Origin: a virus
Lineage: Duplodnaviria > Caudoviricetes
Reading direction: 5' to 3' (one strand)
Length of the DNA: 61,355 nt
Virus record (IMG/VR): IMGVR_UViG_3300025115_000011
Span: 1 to 61,355 of that record
The notes beneath the pieces are model-generated. The model was not told where the DNA came from, did not search any database, and saw only the letters and a program-made list of their open reading frames with translations. The translations under genes and the position numbers were made by a program. Positions 20,329-30,127 of this stretch are shown here, one piece after another (positions within the stretch are counted from its first letter, which is position 1; the number at the start of each line of letters is the position of its first letter).

Positions 20329-20973
20329 ATGACCTTTTCCCCTTTAAATAAAAACATGAGTGTCCGTGGGCAATTTATGTTGTTAAAGGAGAAAGTCGAA
20401 GCAGTTCCTCGCTTCCCAAATCCTGCATCTTTTACTAAATTTATATCTATACTACTCTCAGATTTTGATTTGAAGTTTAAGACTGTTCGATCATCGAAAG
20501 TTGACGACAATATGATTGTGTTTAGCGGAGCATATGATCCAGAAGATGATAAACAAATGTTTCCGTGCATCGACATCGATGTAGTTTACTCACTTAACCA
20601 AAAGATAATTGAGACCAGGAATTTAGACATTGAGCTTGTTCTGCTTGATTTATACGAAACAGTATATCACGAAAAGACGCATCAACATCAGTATCGAAAT
20701 AGGAAATTTAGACGTCCTCCAGTTTTTAAAGGAGACACGAGTGAGCAAGTATATCTTGGCTGTTGTGACGAAATAGAAGCACACGCAATTGAGATTGCAG
20801 TTGACTTATACATTAAAGACTTGCATAATTTAAACAAAGAAATTTGCGATAATTCAGTATATAAGCATTATGCAAGAACGTTTGGGTATGATCATAAAAT
20901 ACTAAACGAATTATTTGAGCATTCGAGTAAATACTTTAATAAACTACAGGAGCACGATCATGTCTTACGTTGA
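20329..20973 (+). CDS. HExxH zincin-like protein
   Basis: YHEKTHQHQ ... EIEAHA. Confidence 0.55.
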   Translation: MTFSPLNKNMSVRGQFMLLKEKVEAVPRFPNPASFTKFISILLSDFDLKFKTVRSSKVDDNMIVFSGAYDPEDDKQMFPCIDIDVVYSLNQKIIETRNLDIELVLLDLYETVYHEKTHQHQYRNRKFRRPPVFKGDTSEQVYLGCCDEIEAHAIEIAVDLYIKDLHNLNKEICDNSVYKHYARTFGYDHKILNELFEHSSKYFNKLQEHDHVLR

Positions 20974-21178
20974 AGAGCAAGAAGATTTCGATTTACATGA
21001 TGCTTACGAGGATGAGCTAACTGACCAAGATTACGGGTTTGTTCTTAGTCCAGATGGCGAGTTAAAATCGGTATTTGTCCCGCATGATATGATGGACATT
21101 CCTGATAAAGTTAAAAGTATATTTTCGATGTTTGGTATAGAAGACCCGCACATGGTAAAGGTTCACTCCGTACACTAA
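20960..21178 (+). CDS. Small acidic hypothetical protein
   Basis: AGGAG SD, ATG at 20960. Confidence 0.65.
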   Translation: MSYVEEQEDFDLHDAYEDELTDQDYGFVLSPDGELKSVFVPHDMMDIPDKVKSIFSMFGIEDPHMVKVHSVH

Positions 21179-21252
21179 TCGATAACACTGCTAATAAACG
21201 TAAGAGCGGAGCACTGTACAATATGACCTAGAGTCAGTGCTTATTTGGCAGT

Positions 21253-21714
21253 CTAATTAGAAACTATTTTAGATTCGTCTGCGTATTGTTTTAATTGCTC
21301 AAAATTCTCTCTTGCTCTTAGATTAGAAGAGAGAATTTTGTCAGCTTCTACGTTATGTCCACCTGCATCAACACGACGTTGCACCTGTTGAGCCGCTTGC
21401 TCTGGATTAGTATCAATTAGGATAAGATGGATACGGTAGTTGTACTTTTTTGCTAAAGCAATTTTGTTTATTTGACCTTTTAAGTTGCTGCCTGTTGTTG
21501 GATGTGCAACATTAATGCCAGATTGGAAGGCCTCCTCTAGCATCGGTTTGATCATTTTTATAGCACTATCTAAGTCAGTGCCAATCTTTACGGCATCCAC
21601 ATCCACGAGCCAGGCACTTGACAAACCAGGTGTGTTTTCGATATAATAGTTCTTCCCAGATCCTGCTCCGCCCATAACAAGGGTAAATGTTGGTGTAAAG
21701 TCTTTTAATCGCAT
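21253..21714 (-). CDS. P-loop kinase (zeta-toxin/AAA_33-like) with tag-like start MRLKDF
   Basis: GGAGSGKN Walker A; RVDAGGHNV; TAAATA 6 nt before ATG. Confidence 0.75.
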   Translation of the reverse strand: MRLKDFTPTFTLVMGGAGSGKNYYIENTPGLSSAWLVDVDAVKIGTDLDSAIKMIKPMLEEAFQSGINVAHPTTGSNLKGQINKIALAKKYNYRIHLILIDTNPEQAAQQVQRRVDAGGHNVEADKILSSNLRARENFEQLKQYADESKIVSN

Positions 21715-21728
21715 AATATGTATTTATT

Positions 21729-21780
21729 AATCAATGGGTTACAAAAACTCTTGACAAGTAAACCTTTTTGGTAATACAAT
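21729..21780 (+). promoter_or_regulatory. Early sigma70 promoter with upstream IHF-consensus site
   Basis: AATCAATGGGTTA 21729-41; TTGACA 21751 - 18 nt - TACAAT. Confidence 0.65.
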
Positions 21781-21812
21781 AACGTTATTATTTAACTATT
21801 AAGGAGAAGTAA

Positions 21813-22955
21813 ATGGCTGCTCGTTCTACTGCATTCAAATTCAAATACAAACCTGTAGTTAAAGTTCCGAACCCGATGGTCAAAATTAACCCACTGAAAC
21901 GGGGCAGCGGTAAGACTGTTACTTTGCAAGATCGAGTAAATACTCTGAATAAAAGTGCAGCCTGGCTCAAAACTGTAAAAGCCTGGCGAGACGGCGGCCT
22001 GCTGGTGGATTTGCTTCGTTTACCAAAAGTAGCCATGGTGAAACTTGGAGACATTTTGATCGACGAGGACATCCAACGTATCTTAGATGACAAACATTGT
22101 GCTACTAAAATTGCACACCCAACCCATTTTGACCCTGCGTTGCTGCAAACCTTGCAATGCATTAAGACCTCTCAAGGAAATTACGTTAGCATAGATGGCC
22201 AACACACTGCGTCTACTATTGCGGCGCTGATTGATGCAGGCCTGTTTCCTGCTAACACGTCGTGGAAAGATTTTGAGTTTCCGGTCCAGTACATCGAAAC
22301 AGACAATCTAGCTTTTGCCCGGCGTGCGTTTAGTATTCTAAATGGTCGCGGCAAGAAAAAGCAAAGTCAATACCAACAACTGCGTAACTCAGTGTTTATT
22401 GTTCGCATTGACAACGACACAACCGACGCAGACGACGTTGAAGTTGAAAAGAAAGTTAAAATTGCTGAAAAGTACGAGTGCTTCCCGATCGAAGAAAAGT
22501 CAGCACTGGCTAAGTATCCCGGGACGTTTAGTAACATTGCTACATTTAACTCTCTGTCACCTAACGAAATTAAAGAAGCGTGTGCCTGGCATCACAAGTA
22601 TTTCCATTATGAGAGTGTCCATGTGTCGCTGTTCTTTATTTTCCGTGATCTGTGCCGTGAGTTTAAGTCTGCTAAGATTGATGTAACTCCTGTATTCCTT
22701 GAAGAGCTTGCAGGATTGGTGCAAAGCCTGTTTGGTAACCTGCATCAATTCCAGGAAAGTGTAACTGAAGCCCACCGAAACTGGCATAAAAAGCAGTATG
22801 GTTATGTTGGTGCTTGGAATGACGATGCTTATGCCTGTTCGCTTGTGCAACTGTACCAACTGTTTGGCGGAAAAGAAAAAGTTGCTCCGACTCTTGTGGA
22901 TCGGTTTGGTGACTTGACTAAGTTTTTCGACACCGACATTCTTGCATTGGCATAA
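21813..22955 (+). CDS. ParB/DGQHR-like domain protein
   Basis: IDEDIQR ... SIDGQHT motif; strong SD. Confidence 0.6.
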   Translation: MAARSTAFKFKYKPVVKVPNPMVKINPLKRGSGKTVTLQDRVNTLNKSAAWLKTVKAWRDGGLLVDLLRLPKVAMVKLGDILIDEDIQRILDDKHCATKIAHPTHFDPALLQTLQCIKTSQGNYVSIDGQHTASTIAALIDAGLFPANTSWKDFEFPVQYIETDNLAFARRAFSILNGRGKKKQSQYQQLRNSVFIVRIDNDTTDADDVEVEKKVKIAEKYECFPIEEKSALAKYPGTFSNIATFNSLSPNEIKEACAWHHKYFHYESVHVSLFFIFRDLCREFKSAKIDVTPVFLEELAGLVQSLFGNLHQFQESVTEAHRNWHKKQYGYVGAWNDDAYACSLVQLYQLFGGKEKVAPTLVDRFGDLTKFFDTDILALA

Positions 22956-22957
22956 TC

Positions 22958-23323
22958 ATGTATTACTTGTACCTCATCGAATCACTAGGTGGCCGCGCAG
23001 GATTTGGAATTACTCAACACCCGTGGGAACGTAATAAACAGTATTGTTCTCATGCCGGCGGTATCGTTAAGTTTGTGTACCTGTTTGGCGGTTTGCGAAC
23101 TCATGCTAAAGCGGTTGAACGCACAATTAAGCAGCAATACGTTGATAACCTGTGGTTCGTTGGGGACTGGAAAACCGAATGGTTAAACGAGAATGTAAGC
23201 ATAGAAACGTTGTATGAGTATGTTCAAACCTTAATCAATCAGCGACATTACTCCTTAAAGGTAGTTGCTAAGGACTTTGACTTTAGACATCCTATTCAAA
23301 ATCAACAACTTACAGCGGCCTAA
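22958..23323 (+). CDS. GIY-YIG-like (T5orf172-type) protein
   Basis: YLYLI...FGIT...ER...E...TEW. Confidence 0.55.
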   Translation: MYYLYLIESLGGRAGFGITQHPWERNKQYCSHAGGIVKFVYLFGGLRTHAKAVERTIKQQYVDNLWFVGDWKTEWLNENVSIETLYEYVQTLINQRHYSLKVVAKDFDFRHPIQNQQLTAA

Positions 23324-23358
23324 ATTTTGGTTGACTTTTAACCAAAAAAGCGTATAAT
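23300..23358 (+). promoter_or_regulatory. Early sigma70 promoter with IHF-consensus site
   Basis: AATCAACAACTTA 23300-12; TTGACT 23331 - 16 nt - TATAAT 23353. Confidence 0.75.
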
Positions 23359-23390
23359 ACTAACTATCGTAAATGCATTAGGAGTTAGTT

Positions 23391-23786
23391 ATGTTTAAGA
23401 CTTGGAATGGACTGAGCCGCAACGAGCAACTCCACTGCGAGTATTACGACTTCTACAAAGAAGTGCATGGCATCCGCCCGCGTTGGATTTACGCTGAAGG
23501 CGGCGAGCCAGGTTACCCTGAAGCCGAAATGGAGCAGATGCTTGAATCCCTTGGCCGCGAAGCCGAGCAAGTGTTTGCTGCCGAGGCCGCAACTGAGCAG
23601 GAAAACATCGCCAAGTTCGAAGAGACGGTTGCTGCTCTGTGCAAGAGCATGAACAAGTCCCGCGAAACGATAGTGCGTTGGATGTTCGACGGTTCTGACA
23701 GCAACGGCGACTGGGATTACTACTGCTTCAACCTGGGCGTTCCGTATGGTTACTTCAAGGACTTCTACGAGAAGGAGGCTGCATAA
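23391..23786 (+). CDS. Early hypothetical protein
   Basis: YDFYKEVHGIRPR motif; SD. Confidence 0.75.
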   Translation: MFKTWNGLSRNEQLHCEYYDFYKEVHGIRPRWIYAEGGEPGYPEAEMEQMLESLGREAEQVFAAEAATEQENIAKFEETVAALCKSMNKSRETIVRWMFDGSDSNGDWDYYCFNLGVPYGYFKDFYEKEAA

Positions 23787-24016
23787 TGAAAACCGAATAT
23801 CGCAATAATGGCAACATGAATGCAACGACTGGTGCTGGTTGGTTGTTTGGCATCGATATGGATCGTGGCTTCTACGTGTCTGATACGATTGGTTCCATCG
23901 ATGCACCGGGATACATCGTTACTGGTAGCACTGTGGAGAATATTTTCGAGCCCGGTGAGAATTTCAAACCGAATGGTGCTCGCTTCGTGATCAACAATAT
24001 TGTGCCCAGGGAGTAA
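23786..24016 (+). CDS. Early hypothetical protein
   Basis: TAATG-coupled ORF. Confidence 0.65.
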   Translation: MKTEYRNNGNMNATTGAGWLFGIDMDRGFYVSDTIGSIDAPGYIVTGSTVENIFEPGENFKPNGARFVINNIVPRE

Positions 24017-24018
24017 TA

Positions 24019-24246
24019 ATGTCAGTCAATGTGTTGTTGGGTGTTCGCACTGGAACCAATGGTAAGCGATTCTATGCAATGACATACTTCTTCGGTGCTG
24101 ACATGACCGAAGATGAGGTGTTGGATACAATCATCAACAAAACGACCTTCACCTACAATGCCGGTCGCAAGGTATATGGTGTGAATCATCGTGCAAAGAA
24201 ATACATCGAAGCACGTGATTATGAAATTGTTCGGGAGACTGCATAA
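24019..24246 (+). CDS. Early hypothetical protein
   Basis: SD GGAG; ORF. Confidence 0.65.
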   Translation: MSVNVLLGVRTGTNGKRFYAMTYFFGADMTEDEVLDTIINKTTFTYNAGRKVYGVNHRAKKYIEARDYEIVRETA

Positions 24247-24473
24247 TGAAACAAATTTATTGGCTATCGCCGCTCGGTAGATTTGATGATTTTGATGACC
24301 CGTATGATCTGTCCGTTGGCGGTGTAATGTATGATGCCAAGACCAAGATGGGTCCGTGGGCAAACATGACTGAAAAGTCGTTCTGTGAGCACGGTGTTGG
24401 CAAACTCGGCACCGGTCTCGGACAAAAGTATGAAATGCAAGAGAACGGCAAATGGATGAAAGTCGCAGGTTGA
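24246..24473 (+). CDS. Early hypothetical protein
   Basis: YDAKTKMGPWANM...GLGQKY motif; coupled start. Confidence 0.7.
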   Translation: MKQIYWLSPLGRFDDFDDPYDLSVGGVMYDAKTKMGPWANMTEKSFCEHGVGKLGTGLGQKYEMQENGKWMKVAG

Positions 24474-24475
24474 AA

Positions 24476-24655
24476 ATGGGCAGATCAGAATGCGAAGTTA
24501 TTAGCATAGCCGAAGCTCGTGTAAAACGGGCTATTGCCGAATCTAAAAACGTTGTTTCTATCAAACAGCCCACAGTGATTAAGCGGAAAGAGATCGATAT
24601 GTTTCGCAAGTTGCTTGAAGATGTTAAGGAAGGTAAGGTGTGGGTTGACAAATAA
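24476..24655 (+). CDS. Hypothetical protein
   Basis: ATG at 24476. Confidence 0.5.
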   Translation: MGRSECEVISIAEARVKRAIAESKNVVSIKQPTVIKRKEIDMFRKLLEDVKEGKVWVDK

Positions 24656-25067
24656 AAATCTATTCACGTGCAGGACTGACGGTAAAGGGTTGTGGAGCCG
24701 CAAAAAGAAAACGGTTCCGGTAATTGACCTTAAAGTAGCTATTACACGGTGGGGCGAAGATACTTGGGGAGAGCTCAAAGCATACTTTCCGATGACAACC
24801 TGGAATACCCAGAAAGACGGGCTTATCTATACCGATAAACTTTGGATGGAAGAATTTCGGGTAAATCTTTGCCTTAACGGCCTTTCAAAAGAAGCTGCTG
24901 ACGATTTGGACTATTCAGAGCAAGGGATGCAAGGACATGACTACGTTAGTATGGATGTAGGCCATACTTTTATTAAAGAATTAGATGAGTTGTACCGTTT
25001 CTCTAACGGACAAAATCCTAGACGTGTTAATATTACAGTTGAAGATTTTTACGTTGAGGATGATTAA
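24645..25067 (+). CDS. Hypothetical protein (GLIYTD...YSEQGMQG motif)
   Basis: ORF; TTG start uncertain. Confidence 0.65.
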   Translation: MTNKNLFTCRTDGKGLWSRKKKTVPVIDLKVAITRWGEDTWGELKAYFPMTTWNTQKDGLIYTDKLWMEEFRVNLCLNGLSKEAADDLDYSEQGMQGHDYVSMDVGHTFIKELDELYRFSNGQNPRRVNITVEDFYVEDD

Positions 25068-25448
25068 ATGACAGATGTAAAAGACAATCTAGTGTATCAC
25101 CTGTTGGCCTACTGTAATATGCTAGATGAGAAGATAAACGAACTTGAAACAGAAATAAACAGGTTAACTACGCAAAAAAGTCAGATTGATGATTCTGGGT
25201 GTTTGTTGCACGAAGATAATGACGGAACTCTTGGTGGCCACGTTATAACCGGTGTGTCTGGTGGAGCAGATTATGTAGGGGATTTTGAAACTGGATTCCC
25301 ACGTGAGCTAACTATGGCCAGGTATGAAAATTTTAAGTTAACCGCAGCATACTATCACGAATCGGTTGTATCTGATTTAAAGGTAAAGCTTGATTCTGCC
25401 AGAAATAGTGCAGCATTGCTAAAAAGCGCAATCGAGGATAGATTCTAA
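25068..25448 (+). CDS. Hypothetical protein
   Basis: 126-aa ORF with SD. Confidence 0.65.
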   Translation: MTDVKDNLVYHLLAYCNMLDEKINELETEINRLTTQKSQIDDSGCLLHEDNDGTLGGHVITGVSGGADYVGDFETGFPRELTMARYENFKLTAAYYHESVVSDLKVKLDSARNSAALLKSAIEDRF

Positions 25449-25486
25449 ATACAGAAAACTAGGAGATGAACAGCGGTAAATAAACG

Positions 25487-27145
25487 ATGTTCTTAGGTAT
25501 AATCACTCTTTTAGTAGCACTCACTATTTCTGGTATTGCTGCTTACTATAGCATTGTTGGTTTAACTGCGATTTTCGCAGCATCTTTCTGGCCCATTGTT
25601 ATAATGGGTTCTGCCTTAGAAGCAGGTAAAATTTGTGCAACTGTGTGGCTGCACTACCACTGGAAAGAAGCTACTATTGCAATTAAATGGTATCTTATCG
25701 GTGCAGTAGGGGTCCTCATGTTTATTACTAGCATGGGGATTTTTGGATTTTTGTCGAAGAGTCACGCTGACCAAACATTAGTGTCTGGTGATGTACAATC
25801 TAAGATTCAATTGTACGACGAAAAGATCCAAACCCAACGAGATAACATCGAAACTGCAAGAAAAGCATTAACACAAATGGATGCGTCTGTTGACCAGCTC
25901 ATGTCCCGTACAACAGACGAGAAAGGTGCAACAAAAGCGTCTGACCTAAGAAGAAGTCAAGCACGTGAGCGATCAAGATTGCAGGACGACATCAATCAAG
26001 CTCAGAAAATAATTGTACAAATACAAGAAGAACGAGCACCTATTGCTGCACAAGTAAGGCAAGTAGAAGCAGAAGTTGGACCAATTAAGTATATCGCTGC
26101 ATTAATTTATGGCGAGTCTGCTGACCACACGTTACTCGATTCAGCAGTTAGATGGGTAATTATCATTATTGTTTCTGTGTTTGATCCTCTTGCTATCGTG
26201 CTAATCCTAGCAGCAATCTACTCATTTGACTGGGCTAAGGAAGCAAAAGCAAAGCGAGTAGTCCATCAGAAAAAAGAAGAGGACATTGCCCAGAAAAATC
26301 GAATTCTTGAATTAGAGAAAGAGGTAGCGTTGCTAGAAAAACAAGCACAAGAAGCTATTGTTCCCGAATTACCGCTCATTGAGCAAGATGGGCAGGATAT
26401 CGATTTACTAGAAGAAGAACTTAAAGATATGGTTGCAAATTTAAATGCAGCCGACCAAGAACACGACCAGTTACAAGTACAGTTAAGAAACATAGAAACA
26501 GAACTTGCACAACTAATACAAGAAGAAAAAGATTCTTTAGAAATTAACAACAGATTACTGTTTGACCTTGACGAAGTACAGAGTGCATACTTCCAAGCAG
26601 TTAGAGACAGAAATCTATTAGTAAACGAAGTGGCTACGTTAACAGATCAAATCGAGACTATTAAATCAACACCACCGGTTGAAGTAATTAAAGAAGTTGA
26701 GAAGGTAGTTGAAGTCCCTGTGTATATTTCTAAAGAAGAACAAGACTACGTAGAAAAAGCAATAGCTGACTTAGATGCACTTAACGACAAGTTTGATGAA
26801 ATCTTTGCAGAAGAGCCAGACGCAGTACCACTCGAAAGACCAGGTGACTATGTAATAGACGAACTGCCAAGTAAACCGTCGTCAAATTTTGGTACTGAAT
26901 TTCCGATTAACCCAACAATCGGTGACTTGTTCTTAAGGACAGATTTTTATCCTTCTAAGTTATATAAATGGAATGGCGATAAGTGGATTGAGGTTGATAA
27001 AGAGAACACAACCAGCTACACTTATAATGAACAGTATATACAAATGTTAATAGAAAAGATATCAACTGGCGAGTACGATATTGACGAGCTAAGTGATCTT
27101 GAAAGAGAAGAGATCCAAACATTCCTTAGTAAAACCAATGGCTGA
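25487..27145 (+). CDS. Membrane-anchored coiled-coil protein
   Basis: Three N-terminal TM helices, coiled coil, fourth TM (VFDPLA), acidic coiled tail; TAAATA 4 nt before ATG. Confidence 0.8.
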   Translation: MFLGIITLLVALTISGIAAYYSIVGLTAIFAASFWPIVIMGSALEAGKICATVWLHYHWKEATIAIKWYLIGAVGVLMFITSMGIFGFLSKSHADQTLVSGDVQSKIQLYDEKIQTQRDNIETARKALTQMDASVDQLMSRTTDEKGATKASDLRRSQARERSRLQDDINQAQKIIVQIQEERAPIAAQVRQVEAEVGPIKYIAALIYGESADHTLLDSAVRWVIIIIVSVFDPLAIVLILAAIYSFDWAKEAKAKRVVHQKKEEDIAQKNRILELEKEVALLEKQAQEAIVPELPLIEQDGQDIDLLEEELKDMVANLNAADQEHDQLQVQLRNIETELAQLIQEEKDSLEINNRLLFDLDEVQSAYFQAVRDRNLLVNEVATLTDQIETIKSTPPVEVIKEVEKVVEVPVYISKEEQDYVEKAIADLDALNDKFDEIFAEEPDAVPLERPGDYVIDELPSKPSSNFGTEFPINPTIGDLFLRTDFYPSKLYKWNGDKWIEVDKENTTSYTYNEQYIQMLIEKISTGEYDIDELSDLEREEIQTFLSKTNG

Positions 27146-27512
27146 TCACTCAAATTTTATTACACCTCCTGATTTTATTTCGTCTGACTCAGAAGATATT
27201 AATAACGCAACTGTTTTGGTTATTGATGCTGACTGGATTGATGTAGAGCATGTTGCTGCGTTTTGTAAAACGAGCGACAAAGCATATAATGTGTATTTGT
27301 ACAGTTCAGAGATGGACAACCTTCCTTGGCTGCACGATGCAGAACGTCGTGCAACTGCAATAATTATCAACACTGCATCTACGGTTATTTCTTCCATTAA
27401 AGACAAGTGGGCAGAAAAAGATAAAGCATTCTTTTACGGGCCAAAATCCTCTTTAAAGAATCAAAAGAATCAACTTAGAAAATTAACAGATTACTTTATC
27501 AACGATAAATAA
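27138..27512 (+). CDS. Hypothetical protein
   Basis: ATG at 27138. Confidence 0.65.
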   Translation: MADHSNFITPPDFISSDSEDINNATVLVIDADWIDVEHVAAFCKTSDKAYNVYLYSSEMDNLPWLHDAERRATAIIINTASTVISSIKDKWAEKDKAFFYGPKSSLKNQKNQLRKLTDYFINDK

Positions 27513-27516
27513 ACTT

Positions 27517-27753
27517 ATGAAAAACGTATATTCTCCTGCTGGATCAACTGTTTGGGTCGGTAACGACGGCAACGTAGGAAAAGCACTCCGTAACTTTAAG
27601 AAAAAGATTATGGAATCGGGTAAGCTTCAAGAGCTACGTGATAGAGAGTGCTATACAAAACCGACTACTGAGCGCAAGAAGAAGGCTGCTGCTGCAAAGA
27701 AGCGTTGGCAGAAGCAACTTGCTGAACAGTCGTTTCCAAAAAAACTTTATTAA
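27517..27753 (+). CDS. rpsU: Ribosomal protein bS21
   Basis: KALRNFKKK...ELRDRECYTKPTTERKKK..AAKKR. Confidence 0.9.
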   Translation: MKNVYSPAGSTVWVGNDGNVGKALRNFKKKIMESGKLQELRDRECYTKPTTERKKKAAAAKKRWQKQLAEQSFPKKLY

Positions 27754-27797
27754 CCAAAACATTTGTAATTTTCTAAGAATTCAAGTATAAATATTAT

Positions 27798-27850
27798 TGT
27801 AATGACGCTGCATAGGGCGGGTCTTACATAACTTGCTTATTTTAAGGAGA
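27798..27850 (+). ncRNA. Structured 5' leader with ROSE-like RNA thermometer (hsp20)
   Basis: Stem TGTAATGAC/GTCTTACA around GCTGCATAGGGCGG; CUU-G-CUUA/UAAG-GAG hairpin occluding the SD. Confidence 0.65.
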
Positions 27851-27856
27851 AAACAA

Positions 27857-28306
27857 ATGAGAGCATTTTCAATTGATTTACCATCGCTTCACCGTGTAGC
27901 AATCGGTTTTGATCGTCAGTTTGACGAACTAATGCGTTATGCAAATAGCGTAACATCAGAACAAAAATATCCCCCACACAACGTAGTTAAGTACAACGAC
28001 ACCGATTATGCAATTGAGTTTGCAGTCGCTGGTTTTGACGAGTCCGAACTAGACGTTGAGATTGTTAAAGGGGTTCTAACTGTTACTGGGCAGCATACCG
28101 TTACTGAAGCAAAAGAGGATGACGAGACCGGAGAGTACTTGTACAAAGGAATTGGGCTGCGTAATTTCGTTCGTAACATCCCACTTGCAGAAAATTTCGA
28201 AGTGCAAGGTGCTACAGTTAAAAACGGTATCCTCACAGTTAATATCAAGCACATTATTCCGGACGAAGAAAAGCCACGCAAGGTTGCTATTAGCTTCTTA
28301 AAGTGA
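27857..28306 (+). CDS. Small heat-shock protein (Hsp20/IbpA-like)
   Basis: YPPHNVVK, AVAGF, YLYKGIGLRNFVR, ATVKNGILTV. Confidence 0.95.
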   Translation: MRAFSIDLPSLHRVAIGFDRQFDELMRYANSVTSEQKYPPHNVVKYNDTDYAIEFAVAGFDESELDVEIVKGVLTVTGQHTVTEAKEDDETGEYLYKGIGLRNFVRNIPLAENFEVQGATVKNGILTVNIKHIIPDEEKPRKVAISFLK

Positions 28307-28319
28307 TATAATGTAGTAC

Positions 28320-28352
28320 ATGTGCTAGGGCAGTGTGCTCTAGCACATTTTT
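28320..28352 (+). terminator. Rho-independent terminator
   Basis: ATGTGCTAGGGCA-GTG-TGCTCTAGCACAT plus T run. Confidence 0.75.
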
Positions 28353-28364
28353 AAAGGACATATA

Positions 28365-28676
28365 ATGCCTCACGCTGAACCAATCGAAAAAGTAAAAATT
28401 CAACAAAATATTAATGTCAAGCCGCCTTCGATGTACAAGGTAATCTATGTTAACGACAACGTAACTACTATGGAATTTGTGGTCGAGTCGTTAGTGGCAG
28501 TGTTTGAGTTGTCTCGAGCAGAAGCTGAAGAGATTATGATGATCATCCATGAGGAAGGGTCTGCTGTTGTTGCAGTTTTGCCTTACGAAATTGCTGAACA
28601 AAAAGGCGTCGAAGTTACAGTTCTTGCTAGGAATAACGGGTTTCCGCTAACCGTCCGATTGGAAATCGCCGAGTAG
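28365..28676 (+). CDS. clpS: ClpS N-end-rule adaptor
   Basis: PPSMYKVIYVNDNVTTMEFVV...IHEEG...EIAEQK...FPL. Confidence 0.92.
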   Translation: MPHAEPIEKVKIQQNINVKPPSMYKVIYVNDNVTTMEFVVESLVAVFELSRAEAEEIMMIIHEEGSAVVAVLPYEIAEQKGVEVTVLARNNGFPLTVRLEIAE

Positions 28677-28699
28677 TAATTTTCTGATATCGAGAAAAA

Positions 28700-29248
28700 A
28701 TGACATCGTGCATGTTAGACATCGAAACTGCTGGTACAGGCACCGACGCCGTTCTTTTAACATTTGGTGCAATTAAGTTTGACCCATACTCAGACGACGA
28801 ACCGGGGCCAGGGATTTATTTCCGTATTAATGTTGATGAGCAAACAGTACTTGGCCGTAACATTGATCAAGGTACAATGGATTGGTGGTTAACTCAACCA
28901 GCAGAGACACGTGAAGAAGCATTTGCGGAAGACAATCGAATTTCGATTCTCGATTTTACTAAAGAGGTAAATCGTTTCGTTGTTGGAGTGAAAGATATTT
29001 GGGCGCAAGGTCCTGTGTTTGACATTCCGATCATTGAGAGTCTATACAGACAATTAGGAATTCCTGCACCGTGGCAATATTGGCAGATTAGCGACTCACG
29101 CACCTTGTTTAAACTAAAACCTGATCTTAGGATTCGAGACAAAGGAGCCCATAATGCGTTAGTTGACGCATACACTCAGGCTAAGTCGGTGCAGGCAATT
29201 TATAAACACTTTAATATCACAAAACAAGTATACGAGCCAACATCATGA
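28700..29248 (+). CDS. DEDDh 3'-5' exonuclease
   Basis: LDIET, FDIPI, DSRT, HNALVDA. Confidence 0.85.
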   Translation: MTSCMLDIETAGTGTDAVLLTFGAIKFDPYSDDEPGPGIYFRINVDEQTVLGRNIDQGTMDWWLTQPAETREEAFAEDNRISILDFTKEVNRFVVGVKDIWAQGPVFDIPIIESLYRQLGIPAPWQYWQISDSRTLFKLKPDLRIRDKGAHNALVDAYTQAKSVQAIYKHFNITKQVYEPTS

Positions 29249-29264
29249 GAAACATCCAACCTTG

Positions 29265-29444
29265 TCATGCAGCATGGTCGCTTGAGACTAAATTGCCTTT
29301 ATCGTTAAACACCCATAGATTAAATATCCACCCTTGATCTTTACATGCTTGTTCTTTTAACTGTAAATTTTTGTCGATAGTTACAGTAAATGTAGACTTA
29401 ACTTCAATTATTCTTTTTTCATGAGGTATAACAATGTCTGGGTT
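29265..29444 (-). pseudogene. 5'-truncated PD-(D/E)XK endonuclease remnant
   Basis: Manual translation NPDIVIPHEKRIIEVKSTFT...KEQACKDQGWIFNLWVFNDKG; no start codon before an upstream in-frame stop. Confidence 0.6.
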
Positions 29445-29464
29445 AGAGATTAAATACTTATATT

Positions 29465-30127
29465 ATGAATACTATACTTGAAACTGTTACTGGAAAACTT
29501 GTGGATTTATCAAACCCACAAGTTGATCAAATCGATATTGAAGATATTGCATGGGCACTTTCTCGAATGCCTAGGTTTTGCGGACATACTATAACTATCA
29601 CGGCATATAATGTAGCACAACATTCTGTGTTTGTTGCAAAAAAAGTTGAAGAACTTCTTCATAGTGGTGCAGATACACTTGACAAGATTAATATATCTTA
29701 CCAGGCTTGGGATATGTGGATGGTAGATCCAGACAGTCGGGACCGAATTGTTCTTAAGGCATTGCTGCATGATGCTGCGGAGATTTATATCGGTGACTTA
29801 CCATCACCGATTAAGAGGATACCTGAACTTAGACCTATCATTAAGCAAATCGAAGATAGGTTATCAACTACTGTGCTAAGTGCATTTAACTTATACTCAG
29901 TCGACGACCAAGAAGAAAAGCTAATTAAATATGCTGACAAACTAGCTCAGAAAATTGAAGCCCATGCATTTATGCAATCAAGGGGGAAACACTGGGAAGG
30001 GCTTCCGGATGTATCACTAGAGGATTTGCAAAAATTCCAAACTCCTCTTCCAAGCCTTGATGCATACAAACTTTTTAAGAAAACATTTAACGAGTATTAC
30101 ACACGGGTGAAATCACTATGCAATTAA
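29465..30127 (+). CDS. HD-domain nucleotide phosphohydrolase (YfbR/YfdR-like)
   Basis: DIAWALS..PRF.GH, VAQHS, LLHDAAEIYIGD, KYAD. Confidence 0.85.
   Translation: MNTILETVTGKLVDLSNPQVDQIDIEDIAWALSRMPRFCGHTITITAYNVAQHSVFVAKKVEELLHSGADTLDKINISYQAWDMWMVDPDSRDRIVLKALLHDAAEIYIGDLPSPIKRIPELRPIIKQIEDRLSTTVLSAFNLYSVDDQEEKLIKYADKLAQKIEAHAFMQSRGKHWEGLPDVSLEDLQKFQTPLPSLDAYKLFKKTFNEYYTRVKSLCN

Noticed and set aside
21180-21252. Possible twister ribozyme (UAACACUGC...AGCGGAG)
   Set aside because: The central conserved loop and pseudoknot partners were not found; nested stems between convergent genes are better explained as a terminator-like structure.
27857-27880. Hsp20 start MRAFSID as another packaging tag
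   Set aside because: Lacks the [ED]-F-x-x-E core.
29465-30127. DatZ of a Z-base (2-aminoadenine) system
   Set aside because: No purZ in the window; an HD hydrolase alone is not diagnostic.
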